Assembly (NCBI RefSeq): GCF_037042905.1
Contig: NC_087251.1
Coordinates: forward strand, 42,162,001-42,226,000
Origin: Lytechinus pictus
Lineage: Eukaryota
Reading direction: 5' to 3'
DNA: 64,000 bases
Shown here: positions 12,651 to 25,799 of the stretch, one piece after another
How positions within the stretch are numbered: the first letter of the stretch is position 1
Layout: every line of letters starts with the position of its first letter
The notes under the pieces: model-generated
Seen by the model: only the letters and a program-made list of their open reading frames with translations
Databases searched by the model: none
Told to the model about the DNA's origin: nothing
Program-made: the position numbers and the translations under genes

Positions 12651-14201
12651 CTGAAATTTCAATTAGAAAAAGTTGAATTAATCATTCGGAAATCTTCATT
12701 TCCACTCGGAGCAAGTTCAAATATTGAGTATATCTAGAGGCCTGTTGCATAAACAATTGCAATCGAACGTAACTCTAGAAATCAAACACAAGCTGATTTC
12801 CAACCGATTAAAAAGCATATTAGTGCATTGCGCTTGATTTTTTTTCAGCTGCATTCAAATGCATCTCTTGTTTTTAGCAATGGCCCTAAGATATTAAGAT
12901 AAATGAATTTAACACATCATACACAATCATATCAAAAGAATGATTAATTCGTTGGGTGATAAAGACAAGTATTAATTAAGATATTCATTTTTCTCCAAGA
13001 ATACCAATATGTGGGTTTGAATCCCGCCGAGTCTGACTGTGAGCCTTTTCACAAGCTGACTTCACACTGCAGCTGCATTGTGGCATTGTTTGATAAACAT
13101 GAATATCTTCTTATTTACACAATGATCCTGTTTAAAAATGTAGCATCATTAATTCAGTAGAAAAAAAGGGTTATGCAAAACAAATACAGCACAAGACAAT
13201 ATACAAACATTAACTTTGATCTGTGATAATCAATAAATAGTGAGAAATACAAATAACTCTTGTTTGTATTCTTCTCCTGTATGCGATTCAGACATCGTGT
13301 TTATACACCAAGAAACATTAAAAAGGTGCTTTATCTATCAGCTTGAACTGGATACTAAACAAGAAAAAGGTTAGCAATGAAGAAATCATATCACTAATAT
13401 TTGTTTTTCATCTAATTCACTCCATGACTTTGTTGTGTTATGTTGACTCCATTTTGAAATATAATACCGTAAAAAACTAATGAATAAAATTTATTGTTTT
13501 ACATTAGTTTTCATTTCACCATTTCCATCCACTGGGCTATTTATATAATGTGCTTTTACAATGAACCAATACCATTTCTTTCTCTATTTTAAAAATCTAA
13601 TCTAATCTATTGATTTCATTCTATTCTATTATATTCTTATCTAAATTCGAATTTAAATTCTACTATAATCTAACTGAATTCATCTGAAACTCCGAAGACA
13701 CTTGAATATTACAATAATTTTCATCTACTAATATACATATCACCTCACTGGTACTATTAGATCACTCGGAAGCAGAAAACTTTTCTATAATTCTTTGTAT
13801 GAACTTTTCACTCAATCCTTTCTTTAAAAAAAATCTTTCATTTGTATGCACTATGCACGAGCATCGAATATCATCGAATATCAAAATACTGATCTCCAAT
13901 CTCTAATAGAAACAATGCTGAACCAAAATGATCACGGATGGACAAGCAAAGATGAACTATAAAGGTCAAGTCCAAGGAATTGACAGACTCTAAAGATATA
14001 AGATTCTACTTGACTTTGTATTCATCTTTCATGAAGGAAGATCCTATTTCAGAAGCTTTCTGCATGCAAATATTGGATGGAGAAATAGAGAAAATGGCTA
14101 TAATGGATGGATGGGTATACTGATGAGGATTTGGAATGGATGGACTCCGAGAGGATGGAAGGATTTAAGAAGCAATAAGGATTAGAAGGGAGAGAGCTTA
14201 C

Positions 14202-14269
14202 GGTCATCACTGCAATCATCAACCAGAATGACCTCTTCAATAAGCTGCGGAGGACTTCTACTCAGAACA
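14202..14269 (-). CDS. GALNT2-like: GALNT internal exon C: (S)VLSRSPPQLIEEVILVDDCSDD(P)
   Basis: Acceptor ttttttcag, donor C|gtaagc; 68 nt, phase 2 to 1. Contains the EvILVDDxSD motif. Confidence 0.96.
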
Positions 14270-14473
14270 CTGAAAAAAGAAAGGTAAGTATAGGAAATTA
14301 TGTCTTCATACTGTCGCTTGGCTGTCAATACCTCATATCTTAAAATGTATTAGAAAAAGAAAGAGAACAGAGCTCTAAAAACCCCTATATGTAAGAATCA
14401 CTACAATAATGGCAGGTTGCAACTTCATGTTGTATGAAAACAATCTCCTAGCTCCTAGACAGAACTGGGTACA

Positions 14474-14607
14474 GGGGCCCGTTACACAAAACTTAGCAAT
14501 GATCGTAGAACATTTTTTTAAAGATTGATTGCATTGGCTACAATGTACAATCAATCGTGAAAATCAAGCGTACGATTAATCACTAACCTTTGCGTTACAG
14601 GACCCAG
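14474..14607. mobile_element. Short GGGCCCGTT-type MITE
   Basis: GGGGCCCGTTACACAAA ... TTTGCGTTACAGGACCC. Relatives at about 300-368, 7882-8040, 12738-12886, 15474-15652, 31433-31563 and 33138-33336. Confidence 0.65.
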
Positions 14608-14746
14608 ATCTGCAAAAGAAAATTGTCTCTTAACTCGTAACCTAGCCTATAACCTAGGCGGAGGCTGTAGCTTTTGTCTTTACCTTTATGAGTCAGATGC
14701 TGTTATGCGAAACGTCAATATTCTGTCCTCATGTAAAGATCTCTTG

Positions 14747-14937
14747 TACCCCTTTCATAAACCCATCCTCCAATTAGCCGCCTAAGAGTAATGCGGATAA
14801 TTCAATAAAAATTGCGTTCACAAACTCTGAAAATAATCCGCACTATTTTTACGAGCGCCCGTCCTGAAAAAGGCGGATAATCGTCATGACAACTGCACAT
14901 GCCCCCTCCGATGCGGTTGTGTTGGAAAAGGGTGACC
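14747..14937 (-). mobile_element. MITE family E, half copy
   Basis: Reverse complement of the 3' half of 28338-28718, ending abruptly at GGGTGACC. Confidence 0.88.
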
Positions 14938-15299
14938 AGTAAAAATTGCTGTTGGGCCAGTAACTTTTCAGAAATACCCAGATTTACTGGTCCGACATGA
15001 CCAGTAAAAATATATCAAACTGATACAAATGATCTTTTCTCCTCTTTTTGTAAATGATAAAAATGGTTCTCCAAAATGGAGAAATTGCTTTCATTAATTA
15101 TGTTGTGACTGTGTACTGTTTATTGTTTAATGGGGGGGGGGGGGATAAAATCAATAAACGACAGCATAATAATTTTTAATGTTTTTATTTATTTGGGGGG
15201 ACCAGTAAATTTTAGGTTCAGACCAGTAATAAGTTCAAAATCTACTGGTCCGACATGAATAGGTTAGACCAGTAGAAAAAAGTGTTAGCGTAGAGCCTG
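14934..15299. mobile_element. One-ended hAT-like element fragment with repeated GACCAGTA / TACTGGTCCGAC motifs
   Basis: Ends TAGCGTAGAGCCTG, which is a CAG-starting terminus on the minus strand. Subterminal repeats are present. Confidence 0.5.
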
Positions 15300-15806
15300 G
15301 AATAACCAATGCATTGAAAAAGTCCCGGCAAAAATTATGTGATTTCATACCTACTTTTTAGCTAGTACCTTCTTTTTGGAACATTGCAAGTAATTTTCTT
15401 TCACATTGGAGAAAAACATTTGGTATTTTCTGATCGGGATTAAATGGGTATATTCCTGATCAGAGCTTACCTGTGGGGTGTTTCATAAAGCTGTTTGTAA
15501 TGTTACGCTAAATTTTATGAATGACTCAAAGATGTTCTTAGTAGCTAGGTCAGTTACATATGGATAATCACATACCTTCAGAAAGGGCCATCTTTTATTC
15601 GTAAAATGAAAGTCATTCGTAAAGTTATAAACAGCTTCATGAAACACCCACCTGGTATACTCTTGGTTTTCGATTTGATCTGAAAGCACATAACAATATT
15701 TTTGCATCTTTTTAAGAGAAGATCTGTCATATCTCAATGTGGTATTATGGTATTTATCTATGGCTCGCAGACTTTTAAAGCTAATTACAATCACATGTAG
15801 ACTTAC

Positions 15807-15908
15807 CTAACTATGGTCCTTAATAAAGTCGACCGAGCTTCATTATGGAACGTTATGATGACTGATGTTGAAGGTAACCTTGAGACATCGTAGGCTTTCT
15901 TATGACAT
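15807..15908 (-). CDS. GALNT2-like: GALNT internal exon B: (R)[33 protein letters not shown](S)
   Basis: Acceptor ttttgcttcag, donor AG|gtaagt; 102 nt, phase 2 to 2, in frame with exon A. Contains the GT-A start motif [21 protein letters not shown]. Confidence 0.96.
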
Positions 15909-16235
15909 CTGAAGCAAAATGAAAGAGAGAAAGAAAGATGATGAGTGAATGGTCAAGCGATGGCATGGCAACCGCTTCAATTACATCTTGACTATATGGA
16001 TAAGGTACTATTATTATGATATGAATGGACAGTCAACTAATCAAGCTAACATTTATTTTCTCAAGGATGAAAATAATGATTTTCACCAGGAATAAAAAAA
16101 AATAATTTTCATTCTTCACAAAGAGCAAAATGGTGAAAAAAAGGTTGAATTCATATTGAATCTGATAACACACCATCAAAATCAAGCATCAATTTTGAAT
16201 GAAATATGAATTAATCTAATGGAGGAGATCGCTAA

Positions 16236-17257
16236 GACACTGTTCTCATTATACTTTCTTGAACTGGTTTACTGGAAACCGGTTCAGGAGACCAGTTTGG
16301 AAGATCGCTTTGCTAGCGTTCGCATTTGATCACCCGAAAGTAGTTTTCAAAACCACTTCACGTAAAGCGGTCTCGTCGCTATGGGAACACCCTCAGTGGG
16401 GCGACATGCTTCGCGTGAAATTTGATTCCGCAGCGTAGGCATTCCACACACAGTGGAGAAGCGTGCTCGAAATGTGCAAGGATTGCTTCCCAAATAACGG
16501 TTGTGTCCTCACTTACACTAAAACCACTTTAACAAGGCAAAGTGATCATCACAAGGTTGTTTTCTGAACCAGTTTGGAAGATCGCTTCCAAGACCGATTC
16601 GACCGTTCTCATTACACGTTAAAGGAGAATGAAACTCTTGGAGCAAGTTAGCTTTTGTGAAAGCAGAAAAATCAAAGAATAAGATCAACAAAAGTTTGAG
16701 TAAAATAGGACTAGCAATAGAAGAGTTATGAGCATTTGAATGTCGAGATCACTAATGCTATGGAGATCCTCCCATTGGCAACGCAACCAAGATCTATGAT
16801 ATCACAGATGAACAACTCTCCCCTTTTGGACACTGAAAATATACCCCAAAACATCTCTTTTTGCTCATTCTAATCATATGACAAACGATTCATCAATGAT
16901 ATAATGTTGTGAAACCTCTGTACTTGTCCTTTCATAAAGAGAACACCTCACCTTGTGATAGATTCTATAAAAGTGAGAATATAAGTGAAATAAGTACTAA
17001 AGCAATGAGGGAGTTGTATGTTTGTGACATCACAGATCTTGGTCACATTGCCAAAGGGAGGATCTGCATGGCATTAGTGATCTTAATATTCAAATGCTCA
17101 TAACTTTCTTATTATTCATTCAATCTTCCTCAAACTTTCAACAATATGTTTCTTTGATTTTTCTCTTTGATATGGATTCAGCTGGTTTCAAGGGTTTCAT
17201 TCTCCTTTAAACTAGTTTCCAGTAAACTAGTTTTAGGACGGTAGTGAGAACGGTGTC
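16236..17257 (+). mobile_element. MITE family C (GACACYGTTCTCAYT termini), interrupted by a TTAA element
   Basis: Collinear with 54336-54779 apart from the 16623-17210 insertion. Confidence 0.9.
16623..17206. mobile_element. Kolobok-like MITE with TTAA TSD, nested in family C
   Basis: TTAA|AGGAGAATGAAACTCTTG ... CAAGGGTTTCATTCTCCT|TTAA. The empty site CGTTAAACTAG is seen at about 54727. Confidence 0.9.
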
Positions 17258-17297
17258 CATTATCATTATCAGAGAGTTTGAAGACATCTAGTTTGAA

Positions 17298-17642
17298 AAC
17301 TAGAAATTTGACGTGTCCAAAGGACACAGATGCCCCCGCTCAATGCAATCAGAAATTCATTCAATAGGATTGAACTTAATATTGTGCAGAAACCAATATG
17401 CATATAATGAACAAATTTAGACCTTTGAACCAACTCGCATATATAATGAGCTGTGACCTTTGACCTGCGGACTCCGAATTCGAACTTAGCCTGTATTTTG
17501 GTGTCATCTACCTACACATTCAAATTTTTTTAATCTGTTGAATATTTTTGAGTTATTGTGCGGAAACCAAGTGGGGGGACGGACGGACGGAAAGACAGGG
17601 GCAACGCTTAATGCCCCCTCCGGACTTCGTCTGCGGGGGCAT
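17298..17642 (-). mobile_element. DINE-1/HINE-like (Helentron-associated) element, family H2
   Basis: subTIRs ATGCCCCCGC (17330-17339) and GCGGGGGCAT (17633-17642); hairpin GTGTCC-AAA-GGACAC; (GGAC)n microsatellite; A-run flanks. Confidence 0.75.
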
Positions 17643-18149
17643 AAAAATGTTTTTTTTTCTTCTATGAAGAGATGTAAATAGCTGACTGATCACAAAGTAA
17701 TAGGTATTAAGTAAGTCCATAGAATTGCTGATACAAAAAGAAAGTAATACCAAACCTTATAAAGAATACAAACATCTTATAAAGCATGGTATAAAAATTG
17801 TTTTCACTATATTTCAAACAGGAAGGAAACTGTCAGACTTTTATTTGAAATGTGTATGTTGGTCTGTGGGATAAATGATAATGACTAGTAATTCTGAATA
17901 CAGTAGCTTATCATACACCCTCCCTGTTCAATCCAATGATAATCCCCTCAGAGAATAAAGAAATCCCCAAATCCAAAAGATTCATGAAAAGCTGTTTCCT
18001 AGGGGAGGATCATGATTATTTCAGTAAGATAAATGATTCATATCTTTCCTTGAGAAAGAGGCAACTTGGACATTCTGCTATTCTTCAAGATGGCTCGAAC
18101 TGTAAACAGTCTGCTTGTCTCATTTGAAGGGTAATCTTAATTTCAATCT

Positions 18150-18617
18150 TGGTTTCAAACCACCTCGATCATAAGAATCCCCGTTAAATTACGAGAACTT
18201 TTTTAGGCTAAAAAATACCCATTAATTATTCCTGCATTCACACCGCCCCGAATCCCTTCGGGATAAATTCCTGAAGTTAGGAGCATGCGCAGTATGGTCT
18301 GATAAGCAGGCAAGGCGCGAGATTCAAAACCACTAGCTCAGCAGCCACCCACGGCGCCCGCGCCCAACTACAAGCTGGGCTAAAAATTCCCGTAAATTGC
18401 TTTCACGTTGCCAAAATACCTGCGACCTTGGAAAAATCCCCGTGAAAGTTCTCGTAATTTTGCCAAGTACCTACTATTTAGTGGGTATTTTCTTTCGGGG
18501 ATATTACGCGTAATTTGCTTTCACATTGCCAATATTACCTGGTATTTTCTGATCGGGTAAATTTCCCGATCAGAAAATACCTGGAACTGACGAACTTCGA
18601 GGCGGTCTGAAACCACT
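18150..18617 (+). mobile_element. MITE family A, near full length
   Basis: Highly similar to 37088-37560. Confidence 0.92.
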
Positions 18618-19897
18618 TATTAACTAGACTTGCCAGATTTCTTTCCTCTCAGCTAATGAGAGCATTACTAGCATGTGAAGAATTTCCTACTCACTTTAAA
18701 TCTTAATATAAGACATTTTTACACATGGTGTGTGTGTGTGGGGGAGGGCACCCATGCAAATTCACACCTATTTGTGAATTTGTCAACCTAATGATAGCTC
18801 TGTTAATAGCCCTGGAAGTTAGCTCAGCATAGTCCTTAATGTGGGGCCAGGGCCATTTTCTTGTATTAGAAAGATGAAATACCTCATACAAACACTAACA
18901 TTAATGGAATATCCAATCTAAACCATTCTTTTAAACCAAAGGTGGTACATGCTAGATTGAATCCAACCAATATGACTCTAAGTTTTCTTTTGCTCCCTAA
19001 ACTGCATACAAGTGTGAAATCTGGAAATAGACAACCCTAATCATAAAACACAATTATAATACATAATAATACGTTTGTAGGCACTATGCCCCTACATTCG
19101 CTGATGCCAGCAATATACAAAAACACTGGTTTCAAACAAAATAGGATAGTGGGAAAACAGCACCAAGATATTTGTACGATTAAAAACAATTTCTTCTTTA
19201 TTAATTTTTGTAAAAATATCACATGTAAGTACCTTTAACTGCAAAGCTATTTCCTCAATATCCAGACATATTGCAAAGTAATAAACATTGCTATTGAACA
19301 CTATGATTATCTTCCGCTATATTAGATAAATGTACTGGTATCGAAAGTATCAAGTCCTTCAGTTTATATTTCGGGACCTTTGACCTTGGACTTGGGGATA
19401 TACAAACAGATTATAATCAAGTGCATAGTTTTGCATTTATTTCAGTAATATTGCTGGAATTGAAAAGTATTACTGAATTTCTATCCTAATTTGATAGTTT
19501 GATCATCAGACATACAGCATATATTTTTTGAAATATTATCAAGGTGATAAAGGGATAATTAGTTCAGAAATATTGAATGATAAAAGAAAAATAACTGTAA
19601 CTGGGTTATATGAGTGTCGCTCCAAAATATAAAATCAATGATGACTGCATGTGAACTAGAAAACAATAAGAATAAGCATCTAATCTGAAATAACCTATCA
19701 CTTCATTTAGGATGCATTTAAGTGATTGGTTGCCATATGAATTAATCTAATTAATATAAATAATTAACATAAATCAATCTGATATAAAGAGAGAAATTGC
19801 CCCAACACGTCACAGGTAATATACTTTGATATTTCTTGTTAATGGCAATCGATCATTCCAATGCTGTTACATTTTGCAAAAGATTATGAGTAATTAA

Positions 19898-20291
19898 AGC
19901 TAAATGAACGTAATTGCAGTAAAACACTGATTTCGTGAGAAAGTCTGTAAAACCAAGGTAAAGTATTGATATATCATCGTGGACCTAGATCTGGTACAGT
20001 TACATAAACTGAACTTTGTGAAATCATAATATCTAGCTAAAAAACGATCACACTGAAGATCACCAACACAGATAGGCACACATGGGACAGTGTATTATTA
20101 TTGCTGGAATAAAGACCCGACGGAAGTGACCGAATCCGCGCTTATTTTGCTTATTTCTCAGCAATTACACAATTTCTTCCAGAATCCTTTGGCACATATT
20201 TTTTATTCATACAAACAGACATTTTGGTGATCATTATATTAAATTCTGTAAAAAGTCATTTTGAGATCGTTCCCACAACTGGAATTTATCT
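19898..20291. mobile_element. TTAA-flanked Kolobok-like MITE
   Basis: TTAA|AGCTAAAT ... ATTTATCT|TTAA with imperfect inverted arms. Confidence 0.55.
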
Positions 20292-21390
20292 TTAAACCTC
20301 CATTAATACTATCAAACAGCCATTTTAATCAAAGTAATGGGAGATAAATGTGTAATTGGGTGCTAACAGAGTATGATTGATCAATGAATGCTGACTGTGA
20401 TGCTGTGAGGCCTTAATGAGATTATACGAGTACCGAGTGTAATGAAATGTTTGATCCCTCGGACTGCAGTCAAGTGGGGCTCAATTACTTTTCATTATTC
20501 TCATCAATCAAATATTCCTTGGTTATCAATTTAAAAAAATTGTAGAATATCAGCACAGGGTCTCTTGATTAAGATGTAAAAGTACACTACAGTATACAGA
20601 GAATAGATGATATAGGGCTTTGGTTCCTCTTGCACAGTTTCAACCTCAAATAGTCTGGATCGAATGTGGAACCAAATAATGCGGCTGGGCAATTAAACTG
20701 GGTTTGTAAATTACAAAATAGTCTACATTATTTCTTACAAATACTCTCTAAACGCAAAGGATCTGGTCCCGAATCACACTCCTCTCAGAGTGAGATGAGA
20801 GACTAGTCCCGATGGAGTGGGATTTCAGTCTTTCAAGAGTGGATTTTCACCTCTTTTGGAGTGAAAGTGTAAACAAGATGCTTGTGAATTAGATGGCATG
20901 TTTGTGATTGCTGTCAGGCTGCAATGCAATCAATATTTCATAAAATAATTTTCAAGTGAGTTTTTATCAAATAAGAAATTAAAAGTCATAAAGAGGATTC
21001 CTGTAAGTACAAATTCTGTTCAAATTTGATGGACAAAATTGTAAAAGTTAGTTAGAACGTCCACTTAATACACGAGATACAAACAATGAACATAAATGAA
21101 CAATAAATTTAATAAACATTTAACAACTTATAACAATGAAAAATAAATAGCAATTAAATAAACAATGTTAAACATTAATGTTAAATGAATGTGTAAACAA
21201 GCAGAGCGATGCAAAACCATGTGCTGGGCGCTGAATCATGAAAAAAAAGAATGGCTTTCGAAAACTGTAAATGGCTCTCAAAATTTTTTTCAAAATGGCT
21301 CCCTAAAAATAAAAAGTAATTTCAACACTGATTGCGAATTATTTTGGTCCTCCTATCATGAATTGCACTAAGCCATATCTAATATGCATA

Positions 21391-22001
21391 CCGTAAGGGC
21401 ACTAGTATTCAACCCGTTTGGAGAGTTTCCTCAAATATATAGAAATATAGAATTTACCTGAATTTCAGACCCGTCTTATTTCCAAGAGCAAATGCTGGTT
21501 ATTCTTTTTCCGTAATTTTTTTCTTCAACCAGTTGACTGTGTGCGCGGGTGATCGAATTATACGGCGACGGATTTTGGTACTAGTATTCATTCCGTCGGC
21601 ACTAGTATTCAAGCTAGCGATGAAAGATGGCCCTGTCTCTCAATCTGCCCTTGTCCCATCCGACTATGGACTAGACCATTTGAGATGAGACCAAACAGGG
21701 AATTAATCAAAGCCAGAGACTTACATAGATCTAGATCTAATTTAGCAATCTAAACCCTTTTGAGATTTGCTATCAATCCTCACTAGGTTGAATACTAGTG
21801 CCATTCAGTGCAAAAGGCCATCGCCGCATAATTCGATCCTCCGCGCATACAGTCGACAGATTGACAAAGAAAATACCGACAACAGATTACCCTGGAAATA
21901 ACAAAGGTATGAAATTAAGATAAATTCCCTATTTCTAAATATTTTGGGGAATATGTCAAAATCTTTGAATTATGCCGGGTTGAATACTAGTACCCATACG
22001 G
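21391..22001. mobile_element. TA-flanked foldback MITE (Tc1/mariner-pogo-like CCGTA termini)
   Basis: TA|CCGTAAGGGCACTAGTATTCAACC ... GGTTGAATACTAGTACCCATACGG|TA. The internal motif ACTAGTATTCAA is repeated. Confidence 0.82.
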
Positions 22002-22460
22002 TATATAAATTTATAAAAGCCGTATGAATCAGGAAATTGTCAGGGTCTTTTCAAATGTGAATCATCATTGTAATGATGATTGAAATTCGTCTTTAGAATC
22101 ATCTGACCTTTCACACACTCACTCGAAAACTGTGATTTGAGTGAAACTTAACTGGAATTCACCTCCGGAGTAAAATTTGAATTCGTGATTGTGATAAGCA
22201 TTCGTGATTCTAATCTTAGTTTGCACTGGAATCATTCAAATTACGATTTTTTTACCGTGTAAAAGGGCAGTTAGTTGTACATCCATGGTTGAATAGTGTA
22301 AAAAGGATGTAGCATAAGTGGCTGTGAACAAGTAGCTACTAGATAAATGCTCCAATTTTTTGTAAACAGGATGCCTTTAACTGCTGGTGTGAACCAAACC
22401 GAGGAGCTTCAATGGACCATACTTCATGACAGTACCAACCTTACAGCAGATAACTGAATA

Positions 22461-22723
22461 CACTGGCATACAGATGGTGGGGGGCATGGGGGCCATGGAC
22501 CTCTCCCCCCCCCCCCAATTTTCATGACCGAGAAAAATAAAGAGAAAAACAAAGAAAAGTAAAGGGTGAAATGATATAATTTTCGGAAAATATGGCAAAA
22601 TCTATCACAAATTTAGATTTTTAATATAAAAAAGGTCAAAATTTTTGTTCGCTCACTTTGCTCACTCGCAGAAAATTTTGCCCAATTTGCCATGTCTGGC
22701 TCCCTTGGCTCATTACGCCACTG
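22461..22723. mobile_element. Short CA(G/C)TGGC-terminated hAT-like MITE with G/C runs
   Basis: CACTGGCATAC ... ATTACGCCACTG inverted ends. Confidence 0.5.
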
Positions 22724-23989
22724 ACTGGTCAGTACTTTATGATTCACTCTTTATTCAGGAACTCCTTGCTTTAACGCTAAGGAGCATTTCAATTCCTGTT
22801 GCGTCCACTTTATTTGGTGTGAATAACGCTAATGATGGGAAATGGCTCATCTTTAAATGACTTGCATAGATGGGTTGTCATCCATATGAAGAGAGATGTC
22901 TGAAGCGGATTGCACGCTTCAGACTGATCGCAGGTGAAGCGTGCGATTGCATCTTCATCAGTTCCACCCTTGTAAATTGCAATCTCGCTCAACCTGAAGT
23001 CCTATGTTGGCTCGAAAGGTCTGGTGCAAGCTCTTGAATGATGAGCCAGCTGTTGGATTTCAGCTGATATGGACGAAACTAAAAACAAAAACCCCTTATT
23101 TGGAGTATAATGATTATCACGCTACGATTACAAACATACTATTTCCAGTGATTTATGTTTTTGATCAAATAGTATGCCCATACCATCATTAGTAGGCACA
23201 TGAAAGTGGTTGCTTTAGTGAGATTTTCTTCATGCTTGAAAATAAAATGATGATGTAGGCCTACCTATATGATCAATTCTATTGCATGTACAATGACTAT
23301 GTCAATAAGAACATTCAGAAAATAACACTGTCACTTTTTTAAGGCAGCTGAATGGAGTTAAGGCCCTACATGTCTACTTCTGACTGAACCAGTAGTAAAT
23401 AGAATGGTAAAAACTCTTTAAAAAACTTTATTTCATTTTGGAATGATCCTTTATGCTGCAGCCACACCGACAAGACCCAAACCGACGGATTGTATGTCAT
23501 TGGAACAGATGTGATCGGGCTAGAGTCCACTGATGTGACTGGGGGCATTAGAAAAATGAACAAAGCCAGTGTACAAAGACATCTGACACTCCAAGGGGCC
23601 GATCGTTGATGAAAGGAAACAAATCTTGTTTGTTTGTGTAAATGGACCACATGGTATGAACAGATTAAACTATATATTAACTATGGAAAATTCTTATTGA
23701 TCTATATATTTAATACTGTTTCCTATCCATTTGGCTGAGCCGATGGAAAATGAATCAACGATCCATATGAATGGTCATGCAATCTCTTTGACAAATCTGA
23801 CAGCATGTTGTCATTACAACTAGATAAAGGGATCGATCAACCTGAACACTGACGCTCTTATGTCATGTTAAATAGAAGGTCAAAAAGGAAACGTCGTCGC
23901 AGCAGTCTGAGCAAAAGGTTGGCTACAGCTTGAATCATTCACGGCTCTCTCATGGACAGTAGATAAATACAAACAAAAAAGGAGTCTTT

Positions 23990-24285
23990 AATAATCATTT
24001 ATAAAGTGTGGTATCTATGGGACGGCCTTAGAACATGTAGAAACTCTCTCGCACTTTACAATGTATGATATTGTATTGTAAAGTGTGATGTCACTGATGT
24101 GATATACTTGCCGCTGTACCAGTTCTAAAAGAATTCGAGGAAGAGTAACAGTGGTTACCCATTTACTGCACTTGAGTTGAGAGCAGTAAATTATGGATAA
24201 ATTTCTTGCCCGAGGAAATGAACACATGAAGTGGGATTTGAACCCACAACCTTTGATTGAAAGTTGCAACAATTACACCACAAGT
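23990..24285 (-). mobile_element. tRNA-derived SINE remnant
   Basis: Minus strand has B box GGTTCAAATCCC, then CCTCGGGCAAGAAATTTATCC, and a TATAAATGATTATTA tail. Confidence 0.6.
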
Positions 24286-24511
24286 GTATAGGCCTATTAC
24301 AAAAATTATGGTGATCTGTTGGAAAAGGCTCAATGGAACAAAAATGAATGAAATTGATATTTAAAAATGTACACACGCAAAATATCCAAATATCTAATTG
24401 GGTTGTGACAAAATCCAGAAAAAAATTCATTGAATCTATTTGTATTGGGGGCACTAGAAAGCACATGTGAAGTGAATACATGCACATAGCAATATGTAGT
24501 ATACTTGTTTG

Positions 24512-24525
24512 GTTGCCATGGTAAC
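24512..24525. promoter_or_regulatory. Canonical RFX X-box
   Basis: GTTGCCATGGTAAC, outside any recognisable repeat. Confidence 0.5.
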
Positions 24526-24723
24526 AAGCACATCGGTCATTCTATACAAGTGTTTGCAAGGCAAAATGATTGCTCCCACTTCCCTGGTAATACATTTGTT
24601 GAATAACTGTGGAATGAAAACTATACAGCCTCCAAGTGCTTGTATGTTATGACTCTTATCCTGAATTATGTAAAGGTTTTTTTCTTATTCACGTTGGCAA
24701 TGTATAATGAAATCTTCTCTTAA

Positions 24724-25308
24724 AGGACAAATCCACCCCAACAAAAAGAGAAAAATCCAACAAGCATAACACTAAAGATTTCATCAAAATAGGATGTAGA
24801 ATAAGAAAGTTATGACATTTTAAAGTTTCGCTTAATTTCACAAAACAGTTATATGCACATCCTGGTCGGTATGCAAATGAGGAGACTGATGACGTCATCC
24901 ACTCACTATTTCTTTTGAATTTTATTATATGAAATGTGAAATATTCTAATTTTCTCCTCATTGTCAAGTGAAACAACGATTAATTCCTCCCTGAACATGT
25001 GGAATTAGCATTGTTTAATATTATATGGTTTAGTCAAGTTGGTCCGTATTGTCAAATTTGTAAAAAATGAAATATTGTATAATTCAAACAATAAAAAACA
25101 AAAGAAATAGCGAGTGATGGACATCATCGACTGACTCATTTGCATGTCACTGAGTTATGCATATCACTGTTTTGTGAAAAATAAGCGAAACTTTAAATGC
25201 CATAACTTTCTTATTTTACATCCGATTTTGATGAAATTTTCAGCATTATGCTAGTTTAATTTTTCTCAATTTATTCATATCAACATTTTTCTGGGGTGAA
25301 CTTGTCCT
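24724..25308. mobile_element. MITE family B (Kolobok-like, TTAA TSD)
   Basis: TTAA|AGGACAAATCCACCCC ... GGGGTGAACTTGTCCT|TTAA with long inverted arms. Confidence 0.93.
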
Positions 25309-25799
25309 TTAAAGACACTTTTCCTCTCAATGTGATTGCATTTGATCCATCAAATTGACATCATTTTTCTCCCTCTCTTCACAAATCCCAGGATACTAAA
25401 AACAAGATAATTAGAAGATCAATGCCTAACTCGGCTTACCCATCTTCATTTGATTGCATTCATGCACATGAATAAATAAAGTAGTCGGAGTATGCAAGAA
25501 TGAGGTCTATGCATGTAGTTTGTTGTTCAGAAAAACTGCATATTTCCATTAAATTAGTTATGGTCTGATATGGATGTTCATGGTAAATTTCTCAAGGATG
25601 AACCTTCATGATTGAGGGTAGTTCTTTTTGGTATCACTCTGCATAGCCCTAATCTTGTTTGATAATGGAAAACCGAATGTGGACATAACCCATGTAATAC
25701 ATGGATGGGATTCCATAAAGAGTAGCAATGAATTATGCATTGCAGCATCATTCTGAAACCTTAGCCCACTTGCACTTGAGAATGTTACTCAAGCATTCG

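Noticed and set aside
22274..22294. GTTGTA-CATCCATG-GTTGAA as another P-like footprint
   Set aside because: The flanks do not form a clean 7-bp duplication and the match is too short to separate from chance.
24220..24285. tRNA-like B box
   Set aside because: No cloverleaf, and it continues into a SINE body and tail, so it is not a tRNA gene.
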